From: Casimicrobiaceae bacterium
GTDB lineage: Bacteria > Pseudomonadota > Gammaproteobacteria > Burkholderiales > Casimicrobiaceae
Assembly: GCA_036270955.1 (NCBI GenBank)
Contig: DATBBM010000142.1
Coordinates: 1,440-65,439, forward strand
Length of the DNA stretch: 64,000 nucleotides
Reading direction: 5' to 3'
In this document: positions 9,072-18,752 of the stretch, piece by piece
Layout of the letters: every line of letters begins with the position of its first letter
How positions within the stretch are numbered: position 1 is the stretch's first letter
Position numbers and translations under genes: made by a program
The notes under the pieces: model-generated
What the model was told of the DNA's origin: nothing
The model's input: only the letters and a program-made list of their open reading frames with translations
Databases searched by the model: none

Positions 9072-9667
9072 GGTTGCTGGTCGCGTGGCAGGCCGGCGGG
9101 ACGATAGTAGTGCTCTACTTCGACCAGGCCGGCGCCGGCAAGATAATCGCGCCAGGTTTCATGACGAAGGTAGGCGCCGTAGCGGCCGCGATTCCATCCC
9201 TCGCTATCGGCGCCGTGCGGATTCGAGCTGAACAACACGCCTCGAGGTTTCAGCGCTGCGCGAATCTCCCGGAGCACCCGCGGCAATTCCTGGGTCGGGA
9301 CATGAAACAGCGCGGCGTTGGCGAAAACGCCGTCGAAACGCCGTGCCGGCAGGTCCAGGCTCAGGAAGTCCTGCTCCCAGACCTCGCACCCGCTGTGCTC
9401 ACGCGCCATCGCGGCGAACCGCGCCGAGCCTTCCAGTCCGACGGGCGCATGCCCGAGCGTACGCAAGGTCTTCAGATCGCGCCCGGGGCCACAGCCAAGA
9501 TCGAGAATCGCAAAAGGAGGCTCGCCTTCGATGTGCTTCAAAAGCGTCGCGATGTTCTGGCTGACGTCGTGATCGCGCGTGCCTTCCCAGAAGCTCTCCG
9601 CGCGCTGCTCGTAATGCTCGAGCGTGCGCGCCGCGATCGCCGCCAGCTGGTCCGGAGCGAGCGTCAT
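9041..9667 (-). CDS. Class I SAM-dependent methyltransferase
   Basis: ILDLGCGPGRD motif I followed by FDGVFANAALFHV. Confidence 0.85.
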   Translation of the reverse strand: MTLAPDQLAAIAARTLEHYEQRAESFWEGTRDHDVSQNIATLLKHIEGEPPFAILDLGCGPGRDLKTLRTLGHAPVGLEGSARFAAMAREHSGCEVWEQDFLSLDLPARRFDGVFANAALFHVPTQELPRVLREIRAALKPRGVLFSSNPHGADSEGWNRGRYGAYLRHETWRDYLAGAGLVEVEHYYRPAGLPRDQQPWLATVARAP

Positions 9668-9691
9668 CGGGGACGCCGCGGACGCATCAAG

Positions 9692-10678
9692 TCAATCGGC
9701 CGGCCCGACATACTGCGGCTCCGGCTGAGTGAAATACGCGTGCAGGATGTGATAGGCGATCAGGTAATTCTTCTGCTGGAAGCTCGCATGCGATATGCCG
9801 GCCATGACCGAAAACTGCTTGTCGGGGTGCGGAAGTCGCTTGAAGAACTCGATCAGGTCGTCGAGCGCGGCGATGCCGTCGTACTGGCCGCGCATGATCA
9901 GCGTCGGCATCGTCAGTCGCGCCGGGTCGACCACGGGCAGCTTCGAGCACATGTCGATGTAGGTCCCGTTGGGCATCGAGTCGTCGAGCGCGAGAATCGC
10001 ATCGGCGAAGGCGTCGACGACGCGCTTGTCGGCGGTATCCGGATGATCGCGCTCGAAAATCGAATGCACGAACGCGCGGTCGATCGGGCGGCGCCTTGCA
10101 GCGAGGAACTCCGGCAGCTTCTTGCGCCGCTGCTCGAGGGTCGGCGCGCCGGCGCCGGTCCAGACGAAGGCGTCCAGCGCGAGGCGCTCGACCCGTCCCG
10201 GATGGCGCTGCGCGAACGAGGCCGCGCGCAGCGCGCCCGAAGAAATGCCGTAGATCATCGACCGTCCGACGCTGCGCGTCTTCAGGATGTATTCGGTCGC
10301 CGCGTCGAGATCGTCGGCGCCGTTGGCGATGTCAGCGTTGATGTCGCGCCACTTGTCCGAGCGGCCGTAGCCTTCCATGTCGACGCACCAGCACACAAAG
10401 CCGCGGCGCGCAAACCAATCCATCACCGACGAGTCGGGCCGGCCGGGAACGGTCAGATCGAATGTCGGCTGCGAGGCCATCGACGAGCCATGGACGAACA
10501 GCAGCAGCGGCTTGTCCTGCGGCGAGTCGACGAATTTTTCCCAGAGGAACAGGCGCACCGGGCCCTTCTTCGCCCAGTGCTCGACGCCTTCAACGCGCGC
10601 GGCGTTGGGCGGCGCCGCTAGGCTCGAGCGACCGGGCTCCGGGGAAGCCTCTCCGGTTGTGGTGGGCGACCTAGTCAA
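9692..10678 (-). CDS. Alpha/beta hydrolase fold protein
   Basis: LLLFVHGSS oxyanion region and a G(I)SSG nucleophile elbow (YGISSGALRAA). The TTG start overlaps the upstream Bug stop; the start is uncertain. Confidence 0.75.
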   Translation of the reverse strand: MTRSPTTTGEASPEPGRSSLAAPPNAARVEGVEHWAKKGPVRLFLWEKFVDSPQDKPLLLFVHGSSMASQPTFDLTVPGRPDSSVMDWFARRGFVCWCVDMEGYGRSDKWRDINADIANGADDLDAATEYILKTRSVGRSMIYGISSGALRAASFAQRHPGRVERLALDAFVWTGAGAPTLEQRRKKLPEFLAARRRPIDRAFVHSIFERDHPDTADKRVVDAFADAILALDDSMPNGTYIDMCSKLPVVDPARLTMPTLIMRGQYDGIAALDDLIEFFKRLPHPDKQFSVMAGISHASFQQKNYLIAYHILHAYFTQPEPQYVGPAD

Positions 10679-11657
10679 TTTTCGCCCCGGTCTCGCGAAT
10701 GACTTTTGCCCACTGCTCTTTCTCGGCGCGAAAGAAGATCCCGAATTCGGCGGGCGTCGATCCGACAGGCTCGATGCTTGCCTGCGCCATGTAACGCTTG
10801 ACCTCGTCCTCGGCGAGGACCTCTTTCACCGCCCGGTAAAGCTTGTCCACGATGCCGGCCGGGGTGCCCTTCGGCGCGAGCAGTCCCAGCCAGACATAGG
10901 CGACATAGCCTGGAACGCCCGCTTCGGCCATCGTCGGCACCTCGGGCAGTTGGGGCGCTCGCTTGCTACCGGTGACGGCGAGCGCACGGAGCTTTCCGGC
11001 CTGGATGTGGCCGAGCATGCCGGCCATGCCCGGAATCGACAGCGAAACCTGGCCCCCGATGAGGTCGCTGGTTGCCTGGCCGCTGCCGCGATACGGGATA
11101 TGGTTGAGCTTCATGCCGGTCATCGAGCAAAGCATTGCGGCAAAAAGATGCTGGCCGCTGCCGTTGCCGGACGACGCATAGTCGATCTGTCCGGGCCGCG
11201 CCTTGGCGTAGGCGATCAGCTCCTGCAAGGTCTGCACCGGCAAGGCAGGATTGACGACGACGACACCCGGTTCGCGACCGATCAGCGAGACCGGCACGAA
11301 GTCGTCGATCGGATCGAATCCCAGATGCGGATACAGGGTCGCACTGATCGCATTGGTCTGCGAGGCCAGCAGCAGCGTATAGCCGTCGGGTGGGGATTTG
11401 GCGACGAGTTCGCTGCCGATCGTCGCTCCCGCGCCGGGCTTGTTCTCGACGAAGACCGATTGCCCGAGACGCCTGGAAAGTTGCTGCGCGATCAGGCGCA
11501 TCGGCCCATCGACCGCGCCGCCCGGCGAAAACGGCACGACGACGCGCACCGGCCGTGAAGGGTACTCTTGCGCATCGACGCGACCCGGCGCCAGCAAGCC
11601 GGTCGCAAGCACCAGCGCAGCCGTGAGCAAGACGTGCGCGCGCGATTGCGGAAACAT
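10671..11657 (-). CDS. Bug family (TctC-like) substrate-binding protein, third and more divergent copy
   Basis: Signal peptide, then PVRVVVPFSPGGAVD...ENKPGAGATIG...PPDGYTLL. Confidence 0.9.
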   Translation of the reverse strand: MFPQSRAHVLLTAALVLATGLLAPGRVDAQEYPSRPVRVVVPFSPGGAVDGPMRLIAQQLSRRLGQSVFVENKPGAGATIGSELVAKSPPDGYTLLLASQTNAISATLYPHLGFDPIDDFVPVSLIGREPGVVVVNPALPVQTLQELIAYAKARPGQIDYASSGNGSGQHLFAAMLCSMTGMKLNHIPYRGSGQATSDLIGGQVSLSIPGMAGMLGHIQAGKLRALAVTGSKRAPQLPEVPTMAEAGVPGYVAYVWLGLLAPKGTPAGIVDKLYRAVKEVLAEDEVKRYMAQASIEPVGSTPAEFGIFFRAEKEQWAKVIRETGAKID

Positions 11658-11705
11658 GGTATTCCCCCGAGCGGACTGTCGCTGCGGCTATTGCGATTTT
11701 TCCAG

Positions 11706-13043
11706 TTATCGGCGACCAGGGCTAGTGGCGTCGCGGCTACGGGCAACCCCGCTGCGATGCGTTGCCGGCGCGCGGCGGGCTTGCCGGCCGCTGTGGCCTC
11801 CGGCGGGTACGCGCCGTTGCTGGCCCGGCGCCGCGCCGCGCCCCTGCGACTGGCCGCGACCCTGTCGTTGCAGGATCGGCTGAGCCCGGGCGCGAGGGTC
11901 AGGCTCGAATCCGGCGATGACTTCGACAGGGATCTGCCGCTTGAGCAGCCGCTCGATGTCGCGCAGGAATTCGTGCTCGTCGACACACACCAGTGAAATC
12001 GCCTCGCCCATCGCACCGGCCCGCCCAGTGCGGCCGATCCTATGCACGTAATCCTCGGGCACGTTCGGCAAATCATAATTGACGACGTGCGGCAATTGAT
12101 CGATGTCGATGCCGCGTGCGGCGATGTCAGTGGCGACCAGGACGCGCAGGCCGCCTTCCTTGAATTCCGACAGCGCGCGCGTGCGCGCACCCTGGCTTTT
12201 ATTGCCGTGAATCGCCAACGCGCGAATGCCGTCCTGGCCGAGCTGTTCGGCAAGCTTGTTGGCGCCGTGCTTGGTTCGCGTGAAAACGAGCACCTGATGC
12301 CAGTCGTTGCCGCCGATCAGCGCGGCGAGCAGGGCACGCTTTCGATCGCGATCGACCGGATGGATTTTCTGCTGAATGATATCGACGGTGGCGTTGCGCG
12401 GCGCGACCTCGATCATCGCCGGACGGTCGAGCAGCGAGTCGGCCAGCGCCTTGATCTGGTCCGGGAACGTCGCAGAAAAAAGCAGGTTCTGGCGTTTCCG
12501 TGGAAGAAGCGCCATCACCCGCTTGATGTCGCGAATGAAGCCCATATCGAGCATTCGGTCGGCCTCGTCGAGAACGAAGATCTCGATGCGTGACAAGTCG
12601 AGGTTGCCCTGCCCGTGGTGATCGAGCAGACGACCCGGCGTGGCGACGAGGATGTCGATGCCGCGCTTGAGTTGCGCGGTTTGGGGATTGATGCCGACGC
12701 CGCCGAAGACTACCGCCGAAGTAAGTTTCAGGAATTTGCCGTACACGCGCACCGATTCCTCGACCTGCGCGGCGAGCTCGCGCGTCGGCGTCAGGATCAG
12801 TGCGCGCAAGGGCTTGCGCGACGCCCGGCTGCCGGAAGTTGGCTCGCTGGTCGACAGTCGCTGCAGCATCGGCAGCACGAAGCCGGCCGTCTTGCCGGTG
12901 CCGGTCTGTGCGCCGGCCAGCAAATCGCCGCCGGCGAGAACTGCGGGAATGGCCTTGGCCTGTATCGGGGTAGGTGTGGTGTAACCGTGCGCGTTTACAG
13001 CGCGCACCAGCGCATCGGACAGTCCGAGAGAAGCAAATGACAT
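11706..13043 (-). CDS. rhlE: ATP-dependent DEAD-box RNA helicase (RhlE-like)
   Basis: Q motif (TPTPIQ), [15 protein letters not shown] and [10 protein letters not shown] motifs, plus an Arg/Gly-rich C-terminal tail. Confidence 0.9.
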   Translation of the reverse strand: MSFASLGLSDALVRAVNAHGYTTPTPIQAKAIPAVLAGGDLLAGAQTGTGKTAGFVLPMLQRLSTSEPTSGSRASRKPLRALILTPTRELAAQVEESVRVYGKFLKLTSAVVFGGVGINPQTAQLKRGIDILVATPGRLLDHHGQGNLDLSRIEIFVLDEADRMLDMGFIRDIKRVMALLPRKRQNLLFSATFPDQIKALADSLLDRPAMIEVAPRNATVDIIQQKIHPVDRDRKRALLAALIGGNDWHQVLVFTRTKHGANKLAEQLGQDGIRALAIHGNKSQGARTRALSEFKEGGLRVLVATDIAARGIDIDQLPHVVNYDLPNVPEDYVHRIGRTGRAGAMGEAISLVCVDEHEFLRDIERLLKRQIPVEVIAGFEPDPRARAQPILQRQGRGQSQGRGAAPGQQRRVPAGGHSGRQARRAPATHRSGVARSRDATSPGRR

Positions 13044-13203
13044 GAGAGCCTTGGGAAAACGCTCGGCATGTCGTCAACTCGTTGACGTCCAGTCACAGCC
13101 AAACGGTGCGTACAGCGGAAGGGTCGGATTCGACTGCGGCAGGGGACTGGAGCAAATGCCGCGCGCGAATGATAACAGCTTGCGCGCGCGGCCGCTTGAC
13201 TAT

Positions 13204-13413
13204 TCAGGCTCCGGCGACATACATCGCGCGGAGCGCCGCCACGCTGCGGCGCGAAAGCGCTGCGCTGGAAGCGGCGCGATTGGCCAATGCATGCTGGTCG
13301 AGCAGCATGGCGAAACCCTCGACGACGATCTTCAGGGCCGCGGCGATTCCGGCGCCGGGGGGCAGGGAAGCGTAGGGTGAAGAAACATGCGGCGACGCGG
13401 TCACTTCAGACAT
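13204..13413 (-). CDS. Hypothetical small protein (69 aa)
   Basis: GAGGAG RBS 7 nt upstream of the ATG. I recognise no family. Confidence 0.35.
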   Translation of the reverse strand: MSEVTASPHVSSPYASLPPGAGIAAALKIVVEGFAMLLDQHALANRAASSAALSRRSVAALRAMYVAGA

Positions 13414-13645
13414 GGTGCACTCCTCGACTGTCGGACGCCTGTGCCTCGTTGATCCGGTCGCGTCCGTAATCCGGACGCCACCAAGATAAGCATGTGACGA
13501 TTCGGCAGAAACGGACCAATCCGCGGGCGCGATGATGAAAATTCACTTATTGTCGCCTACGATCTGGGAGCTACGTTGTATAAGATGCTGTATTTATTGA
13601 TGAATAAAGCTCGGCGACCCTGCGGCGTATAATTCACCTTGCGTT

Positions 13646-13682
13646 CGCCGCCTGCCGTTCCCGGCCGGCGGCGTTTGTTTTT
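13646..13682 (+). terminator. Intrinsic-terminator-like hairpin plus U-tract, ending 17 nt before the prfC start
   Basis: CGCCGCC (13646-52) pairs with GGCGGCG (13667-73), with inner CCG/CGG pairs, and is followed by TTTGTTTTT. Confidence 0.5.
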
Positions 13683-13698
13683 CAGTGCTGGATCATCG

Positions 13699-15324
13699 AT
13701 GAATCAGGCCAGATACTCGCCCGAACTCGTGCGTGACGTTGCGCGCCGGCGGACGTTCGCCATCATTTCGCACCCTGACGCGGGCAAAACGACACTGACC
13801 GAGAAGCTGCTGCTCTTTGGCGGCGCGATCCAGATGGCAGGCACCGTCAAGGCGCGCAAGAGCTCACGGCATGCGACGTCCGACTGGATGGAAGTCGAAA
13901 AGCAGCGTGGCATCTCGGTCACCAGCTCGGTCATGCAGTTCGACTATGCCGATCATACGATCAACCTGCTCGACACCCCTGGGCACCAGGATTTTTCCGA
14001 GGACACCTACCGGGTGCTGACCGCGGTCGATGCGGCGGTGATGGTGATCGATGCCGCCAAGGGCGTCGAGGAGCAGACGATCAAGCTGCTCGAAGTCTGC
14101 CGCCTGCGCGCGACGCCGATCATCACGTTCGTCAACAAAATGGATCGCGAAGTACGCGAGCCGCTGGCGTTGCTCGAGGAAATCGAGTCGGTCCTGCGCA
14201 TCGACTGTGCGCCGGTCAGCTGGCCGATCGGCATGGGCAAGCGCTTTCGCGGCGTGTTCGATCTGCGGCACGAACGCCTGCTGCGCTTCACGCCCGGTGA
14301 AGAGCGCGTCGCCGATCCCGAGGACAGCGAGCGGATCGAGGGTCTAGCGAATCCCCGGCTCGACGAGCTCTTTCCCGACGAAGTCGCGGCGTTGCGGCAT
14401 GACGTCGATCTGATCCGGCATGCCAGCACGCCGTTCGACCTCTCCGAATTCCTGGCCGGCCGCCAATCGCCGGTGTTCTTCGGATCGGGCATCAACAATT
14501 TCGGCGTGCAGGAAATCCTGCAGGCGCTGATCGAATGGGCGCCGCCGCCGCAGCCGCGCGACGCGGGATCGCGCGTCGTGCAGCCGGTCGAAGCGCCGTT
14601 CTCCGGATTCGTGTTCAAGATCCAGGCCAACATGGATCCGAAGCATCGCGATCGCATCGCATTTTTTCGCGTTTGCTCGGGCCGGTATCGGCCGGCGATG
14701 AAAGTGCAGCACCAGCGGATCGGCCGCGAGATGAAGCTCGGCAACGTAATGACTTTCATGGCGAACGAGCGCGTGGCGAGCCAGGATGCGGTTGCAGGCG
14801 ACATCATCGGCATCCACAACCACGGACTGCTGCAGATCGGCGACACGCTGACCGAGGGCGAAGCGCTCGGCTTCAAGGGTATTCCCTATTTCGCGCCCGA
14901 GCTCTTCCGTATCGCCCGGCCGCGCGATCCGTTCAAGGCGAAGCAGCTGCAAAAAGGGCTGCAAGAACTCGGGGAGGAGGGCGCGATCCAGGTATTCGAG
15001 CGCGTGCACGGCAACACCTTGCTGCTCGGCGCGGTCGGGCAATTGCAATTCGAGGTCGTCGCAGACCGCCTGGCTCGCGAGTACAAGGTCGATGCGCTGT
15101 ACGACACGGCCAGTATCTCGACGGCGCGCTGGTTGACCTATCCGGACGAAACGACGCGCCGTAATTTCGAAAAAGAACATATGGCGTCGCTCGCCACCGA
15201 CGTCGACGGCAATCCGGTTTACCTCGCCACCAACAAGTACAACCTGCAAGTGACGATGGAGCGCTGGGCGAAGGTCGGGTTCCATACGACCCGCGAGCAC
15301 GGGCAGCGGCTGATGCACGCATAG
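13699..15324 (+). CDS. prfC: Peptide chain release factor 3
   Basis: [23 protein letters not shown]1 motif, DTPGHQDF and NKMD. The length (541 aa) and the start [10 protein letters not shown] fit RF3. Confidence 0.95.
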   Translation: MNQARYSPELVRDVARRRTFAIISHPDAGKTTLTEKLLLFGGAIQMAGTVKARKSSRHATSDWMEVEKQRGISVTSSVMQFDYADHTINLLDTPGHQDFSEDTYRVLTAVDAAVMVIDAAKGVEEQTIKLLEVCRLRATPIITFVNKMDREVREPLALLEEIESVLRIDCAPVSWPIGMGKRFRGVFDLRHERLLRFTPGEERVADPEDSERIEGLANPRLDELFPDEVAALRHDVDLIRHASTPFDLSEFLAGRQSPVFFGSGINNFGVQEILQALIEWAPPPQPRDAGSRVVQPVEAPFSGFVFKIQANMDPKHRDRIAFFRVCSGRYRPAMKVQHQRIGREMKLGNVMTFMANERVASQDAVAGDIIGIHNHGLLQIGDTLTEGEALGFKGIPYFAPELFRIARPRDPFKAKQLQKGLQELGEEGAIQVFERVHGNTLLLGAVGQLQFEVVADRLAREYKVDALYDTASISTARWLTYPDETTRRNFEKEHMASLATDVDGNPVYLATNKYNLQVTMERWAKVGFHTTREHGQRLMHA

Positions 15325-15383
15325 CGCGTGACGAGCCGGCCGGCCAGGCACCCGGCCAACCGGCATCGCCGACGCGACGGCCC

Positions 15384-16400
15384 TCACCTCGCCCGAAGAG
15401 CTTCGAGTACGCTCGCTCCTGTCTCAATCGGCAAGATCCTGGCCAGCTTCAGGCCGGCGCGGTCCAGCAGCTCGCGGTACTCGGCTTCGGTGCGTTCCCG
15501 GCCGCCATTCATCACCATCATGTTCAAGTCGGATAGTGACGACGACTGTGCCGCCTGCGAGACGACCATGCGTGCGGGCATCAGGCGTTCTACGAGCAGC
15601 ACACGACCGTCGTTGCTGATCGCCCGGCGGCAGGCATCGAGAATTGCGGTCGCGCGTCCGTCATCCCAGTCGTGAATGACCCGTGAAAGAAGATAGGCAT
15701 CTCCGCCGGCTGGCACCGCTGCGAAGGCATCGCCGGCGACGACGTCGCAGCGATCGGTCAACCCCGCCCGCGCGATCCCGTCGCGCGCGCTCTCCGCGAC
15801 GTGCGGCAGATCGAAGAGCACTCCGTGCAGCGCGGGATTGGCCCGCAGGATCGCGATAAGCAACGTCGCATCGCCGCCACCGACGTCGACGAGCTTCGCT
15901 ATCGTCGCAAACGGATACGCAGCGACGAGGCTTGCGTCGTAACTCCTGGCCAGTTGCGCCATCGCATGATCGAATATGGCCGCGTGCTCGGCGTGCGCAG
16001 CGCGATACGTCCAGACGTCGGTGCCGAAGACGTGATCGAACGCGATGCCGCCGGTTTGCAGGCAATGCATCAACTCGCCCCAGGCGCGATATTGCTCGTC
16101 GCCAAGAGCAAATATCGCCCATTCCCGCAATGAGTCCGGGACGTCGGAGCGCAGGCTGTGGCCGAGCGCCGTCAGCGAGAACCGGTGCTGCTCGTCCTCG
16201 GTGAGGACGTCGATCGACGCCAACGCGCGCATCAGGCGGTGAAGGGACGGCGCGTGCGTGCCGGTGGCCGCAGCCAGCGCTACGCTGTCGGCCGGACCGT
16301 CGCGCAGCAGATCCGCAAGGCCGAGCCTGGCCGCGGCATAGAGGATTCTGGAAATGCGGAATCCCGCAATGAGCCGCAGCATCGTCGCATGAGTGCTCAT
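15384..16400 (-). CDS. Class I SAM-dependent O-methyltransferase (COMT/ASMT-like with N-terminal dimerisation domain)
   Basis: LVDVGGGDATLL motif I and LSRVIHDWDD, typical of the O-methyltransferase family 2. The start is either 16400 (MSTHATML) or 16436. Confidence 0.85.
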   Translation of the reverse strand: MSTHATMLRLIAGFRISRILYAAARLGLADLLRDGPADSVALAAATGTHAPSLHRLMRALASIDVLTEDEQHRFSLTALGHSLRSDVPDSLREWAIFALGDEQYRAWGELMHCLQTGGIAFDHVFGTDVWTYRAAHAEHAAIFDHAMAQLARSYDASLVAAYPFATIAKLVDVGGGDATLLIAILRANPALHGVLFDLPHVAESARDGIARAGLTDRCDVVAGDAFAAVPAGGDAYLLSRVIHDWDDGRATAILDACRRAISNDGRVLLVERLMPARMVVSQAAQSSSLSDLNMMVMNGGRERTEAEYRELLDRAGLKLARILPIETGASVLEALRAR

Positions 16401-16454
16401 GCGCTCGGCGGCTGCGCCGGTGTATATTCCGCGCAACTGCCTCGGTTATCGCCC

Positions 16455-17522
16455 ATGGTCATCGCCTTCGCTGAATTTGTCAGGATTATGTTCGAATCCG
16501 GCCGCTTGCGGGCCTCGTCGGCGCCGAAGTTCCTCCAGGTCCCAGGCATCAGAGGCGGTTTGTTTGCAGCTGCCGCGATTGCATCGCTGTTCGTTCAAAT
16601 GCCAGTCGTACAGGCCGCCGAGAGTACGCCGTGGCCGACACGGCCGATCCACCTCGTCGTTCCGTTTGCGGCAGGCACATTCGTCGATGTCATATCGCGG
16701 GTTGTCGGCAGCAAGCTCGAGGAAGCCGTCGGCCAGCCGGTCGTCATCGACAACCGGCCCGGGGCGTCGGGCAATATCGCGAGCGAGCTTGTCGCGAAGG
16801 CACCGCCTGACGGCTATACGCTTCTCAACGGCGGGGTATTTGTGACGATGCTGCCGGCCCTCTATGGCCCCAAGGCTGTCGATCCCGCGGCGTTCGTGCC
16901 GATAACGCGGATGACCAATGCGCCGATGGTGATCGTCGTGCATCCGTCGCTCGGCGTGAGGACCTTGGCCGATCTTGCAGCGCTTGCCAGGACCAAGCCC
17001 GGCCGCATCGCCTATGCAACGTCGGGCATAGGCACCACGCCGCACCTGGCCGCCGCGCTTTGGTCGCAGCGCGCCGGCGTCGAGCTGCTGCACGTGCCGT
17101 ACGCGAACACCAATGCGGCGCTCAAGGATGTGCTCTCCGGCGAGGTTCCGGTGCTGTTCACTTTCCTGGGCACCGTGGAAGGCTTTCTTCGCAGCGACCA
17201 GCTGAAGGCGCTGGCGGTTACCAGCGCCAAGCGCGACCCGGGTTGGGCAACCATCCCGACTGTCGCCGAACAGGGTTACCCGGGCTTCGATGTCGCAACC
17301 TGGAGCGGCCTGCTTGCCCCTGCGGGCACGCCTCCCGAAGTCGTCGACCGGATTTACCGTGAGGTCGCGAAGATTCTCCAGCAGAGCGAGGTGAGGGAAA
17401 AAATTCTCGCCATGGGCAACGAACCCATAGGCAACACCCCGGATCAATTCGCCGCTGAAATACGGGCCGATGTACCTCGCTGGAAAGAGGTCGCAGCCAA
17501 GGCGGGCATCCGGGCCGAATGA
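16455..17522 (+). CDS. Bug family (TctC-like) substrate-binding protein, copy 2 (close paralogue of 646..1647)
   Basis: PIHLVVPFAAGTFVD...DNRPGASGNIA...PPDGYTLL. The start is 16455 or 16488. The stop shares an ATGA overlap with the next gene. Confidence 0.9.
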   Translation: MVIAFAEFVRIMFESGRLRASSAPKFLQVPGIRGGLFAAAAIASLFVQMPVVQAAESTPWPTRPIHLVVPFAAGTFVDVISRVVGSKLEEAVGQPVVIDNRPGASGNIASELVAKAPPDGYTLLNGGVFVTMLPALYGPKAVDPAAFVPITRMTNAPMVIVVHPSLGVRTLADLAALARTKPGRIAYATSGIGTTPHLAAALWSQRAGVELLHVPYANTNAALKDVLSGEVPVLFTFLGTVEGFLRSDQLKALAVTSAKRDPGWATIPTVAEQGYPGFDVATWSGLLAPAGTPPEVVDRIYREVAKILQQSEVREKILAMGNEPIGNTPDQFAAEIRADVPRWKEVAAKAGIRAE

Positions 17523-18724
17523 CGACCTCGGCGCTGCTGGTCGCTTCGAGCTCGAACTGGATCGGCCCAGCGCGGATGCCGAAGGCGCTGGCCGATGCGG
17601 GCTTCGACGTTCACCTGCTTGCCCCATCGGATTCGCTGATCGCCGCGAGCCGGTTTCTGGTCGGCACGCATCGTTTGCCGCCGGACGCCACGGTGCTGCA
17701 ATGGGTAGAGGCGCTGGCTACGGCAGTCGACACGACATCGCCGCGCATATTGTTCCCCTGCGATGATCTGTCGTTCCGGATGCTGCGTCTGCTTGCGATC
17801 CTTCCGCCGCCGGGCGTGCCGGCGAGCATGCATTTGCGCCTGTCGGCGCTCGTTCGCAGTTCACTCGGTGATCCGCGTCATTACCAGACCAGCGTCGACA
17901 AGACACTGCTGCCCGAGGCCGCGCTCGCGCTCGGCGTGAGAGTGCCGCGGTCTACGGTCTGCGCCGCGCTGGCCGCCGCCGAAGCTTTCGCGCTCGAACA
18001 CGGTTTCCCTGTCGTACTCAAGCGTCGGCACTCGAGTTTCGGCGACGGCGTGGCGATCTGCGCATCGTATTCGGACCTCGCGACTGCCTTCGCGGCGCTG
18101 ATCGCGGCCGATCACGCTGACGACCTCGGTAACGAGGTGCGCGGGCGTCTGCTGGTCCAGGAATTCATCGCGGGCAGCATCGAGTACTATGCGATCGCCG
18201 CGTGGCGCGGGACCTTGCTCGTTGGCTATGCCGCGTCGCGCGTCGTCGGCAATCCCGAGCCGAAGGGGCCGGCGACGGTCACCCGCTATCACCGTTCACC
18301 GGCGATGCGGGAATTCGCGCAGCGGCTGGTCGAGGGCTTCGGCATGTCGGGGCTGCTCGGACTCGAGTGCGTGATCGCCAACGGCAGCGCCGAGCCTTAC
18401 CTGATCGAGATCAATCGTCGAATCGTGCCGGGGACGCATCGCGGCCGCGAGCTTGGCGTCGATCAGTGCGCGGGCTTGCACGCTGCGCTTGAAGGCTTGC
18501 CGACTCCCACGAGGTCAGATCTCGAAGCCGGAGAGGAAATCGTGCGCGTGAGCTTTCCGCAGGAGTGGCTGCGAGATCCGCATAGCCGCTGGCTGCGCGA
18601 ATACCCGGTCGATGTGCCCTGGGGCGAGCTGGAACTGCTGACGGCGATGCTCGCACGGCGGCGCGCGGAGCTGGACGAAGCGGCCCGGACATCCAGGGAA
18701 CAGATCGGCACCGGCCGTGTCTGA
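17519..18724 (+). CDS. ATP-grasp domain protein (paralogue of 1631..2812)
   Basis: 48 of the first 93 residues are identical to the other copy in an ungapped hand alignment. The two share GFPVVLKRRHSSFGDGV, YLIEINRRIVPGTH and FPQEWLRDP...YPVDVPW. Confidence 0.8.
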   Translation: MTTSALLVASSSNWIGPARMPKALADAGFDVHLLAPSDSLIAASRFLVGTHRLPPDATVLQWVEALATAVDTTSPRILFPCDDLSFRMLRLLAILPPPGVPASMHLRLSALVRSSLGDPRHYQTSVDKTLLPEAALALGVRVPRSTVCAALAAAEAFALEHGFPVVLKRRHSSFGDGVAICASYSDLATAFAALIAADHADDLGNEVRGRLLVQEFIAGSIEYYAIAAWRGTLLVGYAASRVVGNPEPKGPATVTRYHRSPAMREFAQRLVEGFGMSGLLGLECVIANGSAEPYLIEINRRIVPGTHRGRELGVDQCAGLHAALEGLPTPTRSDLEAGEEIVRVSFPQEWLRDPHSRWLREYPVDVPWGELELLTAMLARRRAELDEAARTSREQIGTGRV

Positions 18725-18752
18725 CCGCAGAGTCCAATGCAGCGGAGGGCGC

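Noticed and set aside
9074-10621. 515-aa ORF antisense to the methyltransferase and alpha/beta hydrolase genes
   Set aside because: It is a shadow ORF: it spans two well-supported opposite-strand genes and has an Arg-rich composition and no motifs.
16490-16499. GTTCGAATCC, a tRNA T-loop-like decamer
   Set aside because: There is no flanking T-stem complementarity, acceptor stem or anticodon arm. It lies inside the Bug signal-peptide coding region. I found no tRNA genes in the window.
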